DNA from: an uncultured Verrucomicrobiae bacterium
GTDB lineage: Bacteria; Verrucomicrobiota; Verrucomicrobiia; Chthoniobacterales; UBA10450
DNA: 64,000 nucleotides
NCBI GenBank assembly: GCA_963726745.1
Contig: CAVSDR010000006.1
Span: forward strand, 320,001 to 384,000
Direction of reading: 5' to 3'
The position numbers and the translations under genes were made by a program. Below are positions 1 through 9,877 of this stretch, one piece after another. Position 1 is the first letter of the stretch, and every line of letters begins with the position of its first letter. The notes under the pieces are model-generated. The model saw only the letters and a program-made list of their open reading frames with translations. It did no database searches and was not told the DNA's origin.

Positions 1-2374
1 CGTGCTGAAGACCGGCTGGTTGATGATGTTTGGCGTCAAGATGTTCGTCTGGGTGACGCCGAGAATGTTCGTCGAAGTGGTCTGGATCGGGCTGCCGTAG
101 TTGATGAAGCCTTCGAATTCCACCACCTGCGGGACGAGGTTCAGGTCAATCGTGACGCCATCCGGGCCGACGACCGGTTCGACCTCAAGAGTCACCCCGG
201 TGTTGCGCGTCTCGAAAGCGGTCGGCGTCGTCGGCGTTACCGGGAAGGAACCGGAACTGCCGCTGCCGCTGCTCACCAAGCCGGTGAGCGGATTGATCGT
301 GCTGCTGAAGCTGTCGCCGCCCCGAAAGTTCTGCGGAATTTGCGGCGGCTCGAACTGCGTCGGGTAACGGAACTCGCGCACGATCTCGATCACCGCGCGC
401 TGGCCGCTCTTGGTCGTGACGCGCGGCGCGGAAAGGAGGTCGACGCCTTTCTTCTGGTTGAGCGCGCGGATGACAAGCTGGAATTGCGGATCGGTGAAGA
501 CGCCGCTTAAACCGAAGATGCCCGGCGCGAGCGAACTGGCGCCGGGAATGCCGAAGAGCAGGGAGTCGATCGCATTCGCGCTAATCGCGAGACTTCCGCT
601 GCGGTTGCCGGCGGTGACCGGAAATTGCCCCACGGGCGCGCCGCCTGGAGCGACGAAAGGAAAGTCCGCCGCGGTCGTCGCCGGCGCGGTGCCGGACGTG
701 CCGCCGCCGCCAAAGAGACGGTTGCTGCCGATGTTGAACTGCCCAAGGAGCCAGTCGAAGCCGAGTTCCTTGAGATTATTCTGCGTGATCTCAACGAATT
801 TCGCCTCGATCTCCACCTGCTTCGGCCCGGCTACGCTGGCCTGTTCCACGATGCGCGTCGACTAATTCCAAATTATCCGGCGTATTGCGGACCACGAGAC
901 GGCTGCTTTGTGGGAGAAAATTCGCACTCGAGCCGGGGATAGAACCGAAAGGCACGCCCTGGCTTTCGAGATATTCCCGCGCGCCTTCGCGGCGCACCAA
1001 CTGGCTGCCCCCAGTGGACTCCACCGTGCCGACAGCGGTGCCGCTGCGCGCGCCACCCGTCGCTGGCGCATTGAGCGAAGAACTGCCGGAAGTGAGCGTG
1101 CTTTGGATGAAACCGGGCGGCACACGGTATTCTTTGGTCACGAGTTCCTGGCTCTGCTCGCTCAACGGAATAATCGAGACCGCATACGGCTCCACCTTGA
1201 CCTTCAAACCAGCCTGACTGGCGATGTAACGGAGCGCTTCGCCCAGCGGGATTTGGTTGAGCGTAATGGTGATCCGCGCGTCCTGCGGGTTGATTGCGGG
1301 CGCGGCGGGCGCGCTGAAGGCCGGCGCCGGGGCGGGGGCGCTGCCTTCTGCGGGCAACGGCGCCAGCGGATCGACCGGCGTGCCCGCGGGCAGCGGGGCC
1401 GCCTCGAGGGCCGCGGGCCGGCTGCTGCTGCCGCCGCCGAGCGCGGCCATGCGCAGGACAATATCGACGCCTTTGCGGCCATCCGGCGTGGGATCATTCG
1501 CCGCGGCCTGCTGGCGGAGGAAATCGATCGCTTCGCGAATGCTCGCGTCGCGGAACTCGATCTTTGGAATGATGATCGAGTTGAGCTTGTTCGAGATGCG
1601 GGCCGTGCCGGTGGCTTCACGCGCGGAACTTTCGGCGCCGGGCTGCGCGGTCGTACCGTATTGGCGGACGGGACGCTCCCAGCCTTTCTGCACTTCCCAA
1701 ACGGCGCGGGAACGAGCCTCGTTGTAGGCTTCCTCGCCGTATTGATACTTCTGATTGTTGATCTTCTCCTGCCCGCGGCGCGCGGCGGTGTTGTAAGGAT
1801 CGAGATTGAGGATCTGCTCGTATTTCTTGAAGGCGAGATCGTAACGGCCGCTGTTGTAGTAACCGTCGGCGTCGATCAGGAGCTTGCGCACTTCCTCGAC
1901 CTTGGCGATGAACTTCGGGCCCATCGTTTTGTTGATCTGTCCCGGCTCCTGCAGACGCGTGAGCAGAAGCGCGGCCGGGCGATAATTGGGATCGTATTGG
2001 CTGCTCAAAATGTCGCGGCAGATCGCCTCGGCCTCGTTGAACTTCCCTTCCTGCACGCGGATCTCGGCAATTTTGACGCCGCTTTCACAAAAGCCGCGGA
2101 CCGCTTCCTGGCGCGCTTTCCCGCTCACCGACGCGTCCGGGAGGAACTGCACCGCCATGCGAAATTCTTCATGCGCGCGGGCAAAATCGCCCTGCTGCAT
2201 CGCCAACTGCGCGCGCACCAACGCTTCGTTTCCGTGCGGCAGGCCGGCTTCGCGCCGGGCGATCTCGCGCTCAGCCGCGCTCTGCGCATCCTGCGCGCGT
2301 GCTTCCTGCAGCAGCCCGGCGACCAGGGCCAGGGCGAGGACGGGCAGAATACGGGAAGGAGGGAATTTAATCAT
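1..2374 (-). CDS. Outer-membrane secretin with N-terminal TPR region (PilQ/GspD-like, Amuc_1098 family); 3' end lies beyond window start; apparent frameshift near 854
   Basis: Signal peptide, TPR-like helices, STN-like segment (IPKIEFRDASIREAIDFLRQ) and N3-like segment (SSRLVVRNTPDNLELVD). After a one-base shift the frame continues into the secretin domain (QVEIEAKFVEITQNNLKELGFDW). Last gene of the PilM cluster. Confidence 0.85.
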
Positions 2375-2389
2375 CGCGAAGGCGTTTCG

Positions 2390-3373
2390 TTAGGGAGCGA
2401 GCGGTCCGATTTCGATCCGCTCATTCGGATTTTGCTGGTTGACGATGAACGCCTTACCGGGCTGCACGTCGACCAGCTTGTACTTGATCTGCAACTCCGG
2501 CGGCAACGAAAATTCCTGATCTTTTTTGACGGCAATCTCTCGTTTCTCGCCCCAAGAGTAGACAAAAGTCGCGATCGATTCCGGCGAGGTCGCCGGCTTC
2601 TCTTTCACCAGGGTGATTTTCTGCCCGCTGTCGGTGTTCTCGAGGGTCAACTCCGAGACGTCGACTTCGGTGCCGTATTTATCCGGCAGCGTCTTCTCCT
2701 CGAACGTTGCCACCTTCAGGCGCGTGCCCTTGATCACCTCGCCCGGCTTGACGAACTGCGTCGGCTGGTTGCGATCGATGTTCGCCCGCCCATCAGCGCC
2801 CACGGGATTGCGGGTGTCGACGAAATTGACCGCATAGGAGTCGCCCGCCCAGGACGAGAAGACCAGCGGGAAGGGCTCGGTTGCGACCGTCTTCAGTTTC
2901 AGCTTCGAGGTGAAGGCCGGATGCGAGTTCTTCTCCGTGGGATTGGTTTTCCCCTGCCACTCCTCGAGGTTGCTGAAGCCATCGCCGTCCGCGTCCTGCG
3001 CGAGCACATCGGCGTCGGCAATCGGGAGGCCGAACTGTTCCAGCCACTCGTTAGGCACCGGCGGATGAATCTCGGTGTTTTTCAAGGTCGCCGGCTGTCC
3101 ATCCGGGCCGATAAAATGTTTCTCCGGCACGAAGAGTCCGGAGCGACCGCTGAAGGTCCACTGCGGCGGATGAGCCAGCTTTTGCACCGCGGTTTCCAAC
3201 TCGATCGCCTGAGCCGCGGCCGGCGCCGCTTTCGAGGGGGCGGCGGATTGCAGGGCGGCGAAGTTTTCGCCGAAACTGGCGGCGCTGCGCCAGATGGAGA
3301 ACGCGCACAGGAGCAGGAAGAGCGCGCCCAGGGCGACCGCGAGACGATCGAAATGTTCCCGCACCCAGGTCAT
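2390..3373 (-). CDS. Amuc_1099-family pilus-system protein
   Basis: N-terminal TM helix, Ca-binding-like DADGDGFSNLEEW motif, position between Amuc_1100-like gene and secretin. Confidence 0.75.
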   Translation of the reverse strand: MTWVREHFDRLAVALGALFLLLCAFSIWRSAASFGENFAALQSAAPSKAAPAAAQAIELETAVQKLAHPPQWTFSGRSGLFVPEKHFIGPDGQPATLKNTEIHPPVPNEWLEQFGLPIADADVLAQDADGDGFSNLEEWQGKTNPTEKNSHPAFTSKLKLKTVATEPFPLVFSSWAGDSYAVNFVDTRNPVGADGRANIDRNQPTQFVKPGEVIKGTRLKVATFEEKTLPDKYGTEVDVSELTLENTDSGQKITLVKEKPATSPESIATFVYSWGEKREIAVKKDQEFSLPPELQIKYKLVDVQPGKAFIVNQQNPNERIEIGPLAP

Positions 3374-4248
3374 GGCGTGGTCTCCCGGGCAAACGTCAAC
3401 ATCTCGATGCGGGCGGCGGTTTGCAGGCGCTCATTCCCGACGATGAAATTGAAGGCGCTATTGCTCGCTGGCGGCGGCGGGGCGGTGGCGGCCGCGGTGT
3501 CTTCTTTGGCCGGACCTTTGTCCTTCTCATTCAAGACGTGCAGCGTGCGCACAACGTAAAATTGCTCCTTCGCGCTCGCGATTTGATTAAGCACCCGGCG
3601 CGCAGCCGTGGGCGTGGCCACGTAGGAAGCTTCCACCACATTGCGCTCCACTTCGGGATGCGCCGGCGCGGTCGGTTTGCGGACGGCGGCTGGGCCTGCG
3701 GGCGTGGACGCCGGCTTCGGCGCGGGCACGCGGCGGAAGGATGTGAGCGCATCGATCCGCGCCTCGAGCAGGAGATTCACCAGCATCTCCGCCTGCGCGA
3801 GTTCCTGGCCGAGGATCGGCGCGGCCGCGGTGTCCGGCAAGGCGGCCGCGTACTCGTCGAAGCCGAGGAAGAAATTATCCGGCAACTTCACTTTGTTCGC
3901 CTTGGCCTTCTCGCTCACGCTCGCGAGTGCCTGGCGCAAGCGCGCCTGGAATTCATTCGGCTCCATCGGCACGACCGCGAGCGAGCGCGTCTTCAATTCT
4001 TCCCTCAGCTTTTTCACTTCCCCGGTCAGATCTTCGCCCTGCGTTTTCAACTTCCGGAGATTGGCTTCGTTCGGGAAAGGATGGAGCCGTTGCAGGCGAT
4101 TGAACTCGGCCGCGTTTTCGTCGAAGCGCGCCCGCGCTTCTTCGTAGCGGCTTTTCGCGCTCCAGAGAAAATAAAGCACCGCCAGCAGGACCACCGCGAA
4201 AACCGCCAGGAAGGTCCCGAGAAATCTGTTTTGCCGGAACCAGGTCAT
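3370..4248 (-). CDS. Amuc_1100-family pilus-like protein (PilO-like position)
   Basis: N-terminal TM helix, coiled coil, FFLGFDEY motif; follows the PilM-like gene with a 4-nt overlap. Confidence 0.75.
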   Translation of the reverse strand: MTWFRQNRFLGTFLAVFAVVLLAVLYFLWSAKSRYEEARARFDENAAEFNRLQRLHPFPNEANLRKLKTQGEDLTGEVKKLREELKTRSLAVVPMEPNEFQARLRQALASVSEKAKANKVKLPDNFFLGFDEYAAALPDTAAAPILGQELAQAEMLVNLLLEARIDALTSFRRVPAPKPASTPAGPAAVRKPTAPAHPEVERNVVEASYVATPTAARRVLNQIASAKEQFYVVRTLHVLNEKDKGPAKEDTAAATAPPPPASNSAFNFIVGNERLQTAARIEMLTFARETTP

Positions 4249-6023
4249 GGGAGCTTCACGGGCTTCTTGAGGTCGAGGCGGAGCTCATACGGAAAGGCCC
4301 ACTCGGTCGCGGTCGGCGTAGTTGGGCGGATGTATTTCGCCTGGTTGTTTGGATCGATCGCGAAGAACGGCGAGTCGACCAGGTTCCGGAAATAATCGAC
4401 CACCACCTCCTGCTGTTTCGGGTTCGAGAGGTAGAGTCCGCGAATGAAAATGCCGTCTAAAGCCGGCTCGGCCGGAGCCGTGGCCGCAGCGCGAGAACCC
4501 GCCGGGCCGGGACTGGGCGTGGGCGTTTCCGCGACCGTGGGGACCATTTCCGGGAGCGATCCCTTTAGCTCCCCGGCGCCTACGGGCACGCCTTTCGAGG
4601 TGCCGACGAGCTCGGTGATCCAGATGCTTTCCTTCGGCAGCCGGGAGTTCAGGTCGTCGATTAATTCCGGCCAAAAGCTGCGCGCGACGATCGCTTCCGT
4701 GATCGGACGCGCGACACTTTCCAATCCGGTGATCTGTTTCCGCGCCGCGTCCATCTGGCTGGCTATTCCGCGCATTGCATCCACCCGCTCGATCAGACGC
4801 TCGCTCGCGCGCCCGACCACGCTGGCAGCGCGCGCGTAATAAATTCCCCAGCCCAGCAGACCAAGGATGAAGCAGGCCGCCGCGAGGATGAAAAAGGGCT
4901 GCCGCCGTTTCAACTGCTGCCGCCGCGCGACGGTGGCCGGCCGCAGGTTCAGCTCCATCGGGCAGGTGGTCACGCTTCGAAGCGCCAACCCTACGAGCTC
5001 GCCTAACAAATGAGCGGAGCGCGCGGCGTCCGCGGAATCAATCCCCTCACCCACGGCGACGTTGCGCAGCGGATGGAAAAACTCGATCGGCAACTGGAGT
5101 TTCTCGTGAAAGAACTCGCGCATGTAAGGCATGCTCGCGGTGCCGCCACAAAGGAAAACCCGCGCGGGCGCGGCGCCCTGCTGCTGCGCGCGATAGTGGC
5201 TGATCGAGCGCATCAACTCCGCATGCAAGCGCGTGAGCGTGCTCCGGATAATCTTGGAAACGCGCGCCACTTCCTCGTCCGAAGGCTCCGCGTAGGCCCC
5301 GCCCAGACTAACGAAACCATCGCGCTTCTTCCGCACTTCCGCGGCCATGAGCGGCTCGCTGAATTCCTTTGCGATCGCGGCGGAGATGGAGCTGCCGCCG
5401 ATCGGCACGCTGCGCGAGAAAATCTTCCCCGGCTCGACGAAGAGCAGGTTGGTCGTGCGCGCGCCGATGTCGACCAGAAGCGAGCAATCGTTCAGCTCGC
5501 TGTAGTTGTAGCGAAACGCGTTGTAGAGCGCCATCGTGGCCACGTCGACCGTCTCCGTCTCGAGCCCGGATTCCTCGACCGCGGCGTTCGTTCCCTCGAG
5601 CAAGTCGGACTTGATCGCCACCAGCACCACCTGGATTTGCTCCTCGTTGCCGGTGCCGACGAGCTGGTAATCCCAGACCACTTCCTCGATCGGGAAAGGC
5701 ACGTTCTGCTGCGCCTCGAAGGCGATGATGCGCTCGATCTTCTCCTCTTCGACAGCCGGCAACTTCACGAACCGCGCGAAGACCGACTGCGCCGGGACGC
5801 AATAGTTGACCGCGCTCGCCTTGATTCCGAGCTCGCGGGTGATCTCGCTCACGGCCGCGGCGATCTGGCTGTTGCGCGCGCTCTCGTTGCCCGCTTCCGC
5901 GAGGAGCTCGCGAAAACGGTAGTTCGCCAGCACCAGGCCTGCGTTCGTCTGGGTGCGGAATTCCGCCAACCCGACAGTCTGCGAGCCGAGATTAAGGGTG
6001 ACGATGCGCGTGCCGGCAGCCAT
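4245..6023 (-). CDS. pilM: Type IV pilus assembly protein PilM with fused PilN-like C-terminus (Amuc_1101 family)
   Basis: Actin-fold motifs (LVDIGARTTN, VFLCGGTA, EAQQNVPFPIEEVVWDY), then ELNLRP, a TM helix and a periplasmic domain as in PilN. Confidence 0.85.
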   Translation of the reverse strand: MAAGTRIVTLNLGSQTVGLAEFRTQTNAGLVLANYRFRELLAEAGNESARNSQIAAAVSEITRELGIKASAVNYCVPAQSVFARFVKLPAVEEEKIERIIAFEAQQNVPFPIEEVVWDYQLVGTGNEEQIQVVLVAIKSDLLEGTNAAVEESGLETETVDVATMALYNAFRYNYSELNDCSLLVDIGARTTNLLFVEPGKIFSRSVPIGGSSISAAIAKEFSEPLMAAEVRKKRDGFVSLGGAYAEPSDEEVARVSKIIRSTLTRLHAELMRSISHYRAQQQGAAPARVFLCGGTASMPYMREFFHEKLQLPIEFFHPLRNVAVGEGIDSADAARSAHLLGELVGLALRSVTTCPMELNLRPATVARRQQLKRRQPFFILAAACFILGLLGWGIYYARAASVVGRASERLIERVDAMRGIASQMDAARKQITGLESVARPITEAIVARSFWPELIDDLNSRLPKESIWITELVGTSKGVPVGAGELKGSLPEMVPTVAETPTPSPGPAGSRAAATAPAEPALDGIFIRGLYLSNPKQQEVVVDYFRNLVDSPFFAIDPNNQAKYIRPTTPTATEWAFPYELRLDLKKPVKLP

Positions 6024-6032
6024 CAGAAATTG

Positions 6033-6620
6033 CTAACGCGCGGCCGGCGGCTTGATCTGCTCGTAACGATCCCAATACAAAGGCGCAAACGGAGTCTCGT
6101 TCTTGTTCAAGACCGCGCCGTTCACCTGCGGCAAAGCGGTAAACCAATTCGCGGCGGCCCGCTCCAGGCTCGATTCACTTTTCACGGCGCCTTGCTGGAC
6201 GATTTGCACGGCGACGTTCTGGATCGAATTCGGCGACATCGGCTTGCCGCCCATGATCCGCGAAAGCGTGCGCGGCGAGACATACATCACCGAACGATTG
6301 TCGCGGCCCGCGGCGACGCTCACATGCGTCACTTCGCCAGTGAGCATTTTGCCGTTCACCAGGATGTAATACTTAAAGGTGAGCTCGTCGGTAAATTCCG
6401 GCGCGGCCGCGAACTCCACTTCCACCTCGAGCCAACGCTCCCGCTGGTTTGGCGTGTATTGCTGCGCGCCGGTGTAGGTAAACTGCGGGGTCGTGATCAG
6501 ATTGCGGCTGATTTTGTTGATCCGGAATTCCTCGCCCGCCCGCGGCGCCTGCGCCCGCGCCACCAGCGGCAGCACGAGCAGCGCGAGAGAAATAGCCAGC
6601 CCTTTCCCAGTCATTTTCAT
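6033..6620 (-). CDS. Amuc_1102-family exported pilus-associated protein
   Basis: Signal peptide, WLEVEVEF and [17 protein letters not shown] segments; directly upstream of pilM. Confidence 0.7.
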   Translation of the reverse strand: MKMTGKGLAISLALLVLPLVARAQAPRAGEEFRINKISRNLITTPQFTYTGAQQYTPNQRERWLEVEVEFAAAPEFTDELTFKYYILVNGKMLTGEVTHVSVAAGRDNRSVMYVSPRTLSRIMGGKPMSPNSIQNVAVQIVQQGAVKSESSLERAAANWFTALPQVNGAVLNKNETPFAPLYWDRYEQIKPPAAR

Positions 6621-7606
6621 GAGGAAATCTCCATGCGTTCGCCGAGTTGACCACGTTCCAGGCAGCCACGGAAGTATTCAATTGTCTCCACGATGCCTTT
6701 TTCAAACGGCACCCTCGGTTCCCAGCCCAGGATCGCTTTCGCCCGCCCGATATCCGGCTGGCGCACTTTCGGATCGTCCACCGGCAACGGCTTGAAAACG
6801 ATCTCCGATTCCGCCCCGATGATCCGCCGAATCTCTTCCGCAAATTGCCGGATCGTCATCTCACGCGGGTTGCCGATATTGACCGGCTCGTGGAAGTCCG
6901 ATTGCGACAGCCGGTAGATCCCGTCGATTAAATCCGAGACGTAGCAAAACGAGCGCGTCTGCGACCCATCGCCAAAGACCGTGATCGGCTGTCCGGTGAG
7001 CGCTTCGCCGATGAAGGCCGGCACCACGCGCCCGTCGCGCAAGCGCATGCGCGGACCGTAGGTGTTAAAGATGCGCACGATCTTCGTGTCCATCTTGTGA
7101 AAGCGGTGGTAGGCCATCGTGATCGCTTCCGCGAAACGCTTCGCCTCATCGTAAACGCCGCGCGGCCCGATCGGGTTCACATTGCCCCAGTAGTCTTCCT
7201 TCTGCGGATGGACCAGCGGATCGCCATAGCATTCGCTGGTCGAGGCGAGCAGGAATGCGGCCCCCTTCGCCTTGGCCAGGCCGAGCGCGTTGTGCGTCCC
7301 AAGAGCGCCCACTTTCAACGTTGGGATCGGCAGCTCGAGGTAATCGATCGGGCTCGCCGGCGAAGCGAAATGGAAAACGTAATCGAGCTTCTCTTCCGGG
7401 AGAAAAATGAAGTTCGAGACGTTGTGCTTCACGAACTGGTAGTTCTCGTTCCCCGCGAGATGCTCGATGTTCGCCAGGTTGCCGGTGATCAGATTATCGA
7501 TCGCGATCACCTTGTGGCCCTCGGCCAGCAGACGGTCGGTTAAATGCGAGCCGAGAAACCCCGCGCCACCGGTGACGACGGAGATGGGTTGAGCAGAGCC
7601 GGGCAT
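6617..7606 (-). CDS. UDP-glucuronate decarboxylase-like NAD-dependent epimerase/dehydratase
   Basis: GGAGFLG Rossmann motif, ASTSE, YDEAKR (YxxxK), [10 protein letters not shown]. Confidence 0.9.
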   Translation of the reverse strand: MPGSAQPISVVTGGAGFLGSHLTDRLLAEGHKVIAIDNLITGNLANIEHLAGNENYQFVKHNVSNFIFLPEEKLDYVFHFASPASPIDYLELPIPTLKVGALGTHNALGLAKAKGAAFLLASTSECYGDPLVHPQKEDYWGNVNPIGPRGVYDEAKRFAEAITMAYHRFHKMDTKIVRIFNTYGPRMRLRDGRVVPAFIGEALTGQPITVFGDGSQTRSFCYVSDLIDGIYRLSQSDFHEPVNIGNPREMTIRQFAEEIRRIIGAESEIVFKPLPVDDPKVRQPDIGRAKAILGWEPRVPFEKGIVETIEYFRGCLERGQLGERMEISS

Positions 7607-7705
7607 GAGCGGCTCTAATTACGTGGTGCCCTGCCGGTTGGCCAGCAGAAACGCAAGCCGCTTCGCCCGGCTGGGCAAAAACCGCGCGACACGCTACAAG
7701 AAGTC

Positions 7706-9874
7706 GTGAGGAGCCCCCGCCTGCTTCACGAATTGCGTCAGCGGAAAGTTTTCCGCGTGGCCGCGGCCTACGGCGTCGTCGCCTGGGCGGTCATCGAAGT
7801 TTGCGCCACGGTCGTGCCCGCGCTCCATCTTCCGGACGCGATCACAACCGCGCTTGTCCTCCTGGCCCTGGCCGGTTTTCCGCTCGCGCTCGTCCTCGCC
7901 TGGGCCTTTGACGTCAAGCCCACCGGCCTCGAGCGCGCGCCGGCCGGCACAGCGGGCAACTTCTGGCTGGTGGCGCTCCTCGGCCTCCTCGTGGCCGTCG
8001 CCGGCGGCGCATTTTTCTTTTGGCCGAAAACGCCGGCGCCTGGGCCTGCGGCCGAACTCAAATCGATCGCCGTCCTGCCGTTCGCGAATCTGAGCGGTGA
8101 TCCGGCCAACGAATACTTCAGCGATGGAATCACCGAGGAAATCCTCCGCGCGCTCTCGCATTTGCGCGATCTCCGGGTCGCTTCGCGCACCTCCGCCTTT
8201 GCCTTCAAAGGCAAGAACGAAGACGTGGCCCGGATCGCGCAGGCGCTCCGCGTGAGCAACGTGCTCGAAGGCAGTGTGCAGCGCGCCGGCGACCATGTGC
8301 GCATCATCGCGCAGTTGGTCGATGCCCGGAACGGCTTCCAGCTTTGGTCGGATCGATTCGATCGTGAAACCAAGGACCTCTTTGCGGTTCAGGACGAAGT
8401 TGCGGCGGCGATTGCCCGCGCCTTGAAGTTGCAATTCAGCGCGCGCGCGGTCCCTGGCGCGCGCGCCGGCACCGAGAACGCTGACAGCCACGATTTCTAC
8501 CTGCGCGCACTTGATTCCTTCACCGCGCCTCAGGAAGCGCTCGAGTTCGTCGACCGTGCCCTTGCGCTCGATCCAAAGTTTGCCGCCGCCTTCGCCTTGA
8601 AGGCGCAAATCTTCAGTTCGCTCGCCTTCGCCAGCCCAGACAAAAAAAGCTGGGAGCACTACGTGGAGCAAGGCGAAGCCGCCGCTCGACGCGCCGTGGC
8701 GCTCGCTCCGGAAACCGCCGACGCCTACGCCGCGCTTGGCGAGATGGCTCGCCGCCGGAACGACTTTGCCACCGCGCGCGCCCACTTCGAGCGCGCGACG
8801 CAGCTCAAGCCGGGCGACCCAATCCTTTGGCAAGGCCTTGGCCTGACGGTCTCGCCCTACGATCCCGCTGCGGGCCTGGCTTCCTTACGCAAGGCGAAGG
8901 CGCTCGGCGGCGAGAACCCCTTTCTCGACCGGCAAATAGCCTACGCTTTGAGCTCGCTCGGGCGCACCGACGAGGCGCACGAGACGATCGCGCAGGCGCA
9001 TGACGCGCGGCCCGATTTCATCCCCATTCTCATCGACCTCGGACGAGAGGAGCTGTGGGTCCATGGGCGGCCGGACCGCGCCCTGGAAAAATTTGTCGAA
9101 GCCTACCGCAAGGCGCCCAGCTTCATCGATGCGCAAGTGCCGGTCACGTTTTATCCCGCGCTGGTGTATGCTTTGAGCGGGCACTGGCCGCAGGCGGAAA
9201 TCTGGCGAGCGCGCGCCGCCGCTACCGCTGCGGAAGCCGATGCCGTCCTGGTCGTGGATCTGCTCTTCGCCGGCCTGCGGCACGAGCCGGAGCGAGCGCG
9301 GGCACTTGCAGGAGAATTCCAGGAGCGCGGGGCCGACCGCATCCTGCTCGCGATCTATGCCGGCGATGCCGCGACGCTTGCGGGCGATTGGCCGTACGCG
9401 GCCGCGCTTTACCGCAAGGTCCTGGCCGATTCCAAAGACCCCGCGGATTCCCTTCGCACCCGCCGGGTGCAAACGAAGCTCGCTTACGTCCTCGGGCAGC
9501 TGCACGAGGAGACGGAAAGCGCCCGGCTCTTGCAAGTTGCTGCCAAAAATTTCCCGGCCGGGCCGCAGCGTTCGCTGATCAATTGGACCTTTGGTCCCGT
9601 GGCCGCAGTGCAATATCTCGATGCGGAACTCGCGGCCCTGCGCGGCGAAAAAGCGCGCAGCCTGGCGGCGCTCGAAGCGATGCTGGCGCTGCCCGACGAT
9701 GGCTTGATTCTGCTCGGCTCGCTCCCGTTGGCGATCGACGAGTCGCCGCTTCTTGCTTCGTTGCGCGCGGAACCGCGCTTTCTTTCGTGGCAACAGGAAG
9801 TCGCCCGCCGCCGCGCCATCCTGCGCGCAAGGGTGAGCGCGGCGCGCCTCCGCCTCGACCTGGGGGAAGACTAA
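7706..9874 (+). CDS. Membrane-anchored TolB-like-domain/TPR protein
   Basis: Three N-terminal TM helices, KSIAVLPFANLSGDPANEYFSDGITEEI motif, multiple TPR-like repeats. Confidence 0.8.
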   Translation: MRSPRLLHELRQRKVFRVAAAYGVVAWAVIEVCATVVPALHLPDAITTALVLLALAGFPLALVLAWAFDVKPTGLERAPAGTAGNFWLVALLGLLVAVAGGAFFFWPKTPAPGPAAELKSIAVLPFANLSGDPANEYFSDGITEEILRALSHLRDLRVASRTSAFAFKGKNEDVARIAQALRVSNVLEGSVQRAGDHVRIIAQLVDARNGFQLWSDRFDRETKDLFAVQDEVAAAIARALKLQFSARAVPGARAGTENADSHDFYLRALDSFTAPQEALEFVDRALALDPKFAAAFALKAQIFSSLAFASPDKKSWEHYVEQGEAAARRAVALAPETADAYAALGEMARRRNDFATARAHFERATQLKPGDPILWQGLGLTVSPYDPAAGLASLRKAKALGGENPFLDRQIAYALSSLGRTDEAHETIAQAHDARPDFIPILIDLGREELWVHGRPDRALEKFVEAYRKAPSFIDAQVPVTFYPALVYALSGHWPQAEIWRARAAATAAEADAVLVVDLLFAGLRHEPERARALAGEFQERGADRILLAIYAGDAATLAGDWPYAAALYRKVLADSKDPADSLRTRRVQTKLAYVLGQLHEETESARLLQVAAKNFPAGPQRSLINWTFGPVAAVQYLDAELAALRGEKARSLAALEAMLALPDDGLILLGSLPLAIDESPLLASLRAEPRFLSWQQEVARRRAILRARVSAARLRLDLGED

Positions 9875-9877
9875 CGA

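Noticed and set aside
908..3559. 883-aa plus-strand ORF and many other long overlapping ORFs (e.g. 5010-6650, 13988-15763, 53693-55339)
   Set aside because: Antisense or off-frame shadows of recognisable genes; Arg/Ala/Gly-rich with no motifs, as expected where high GC makes stops scarce.
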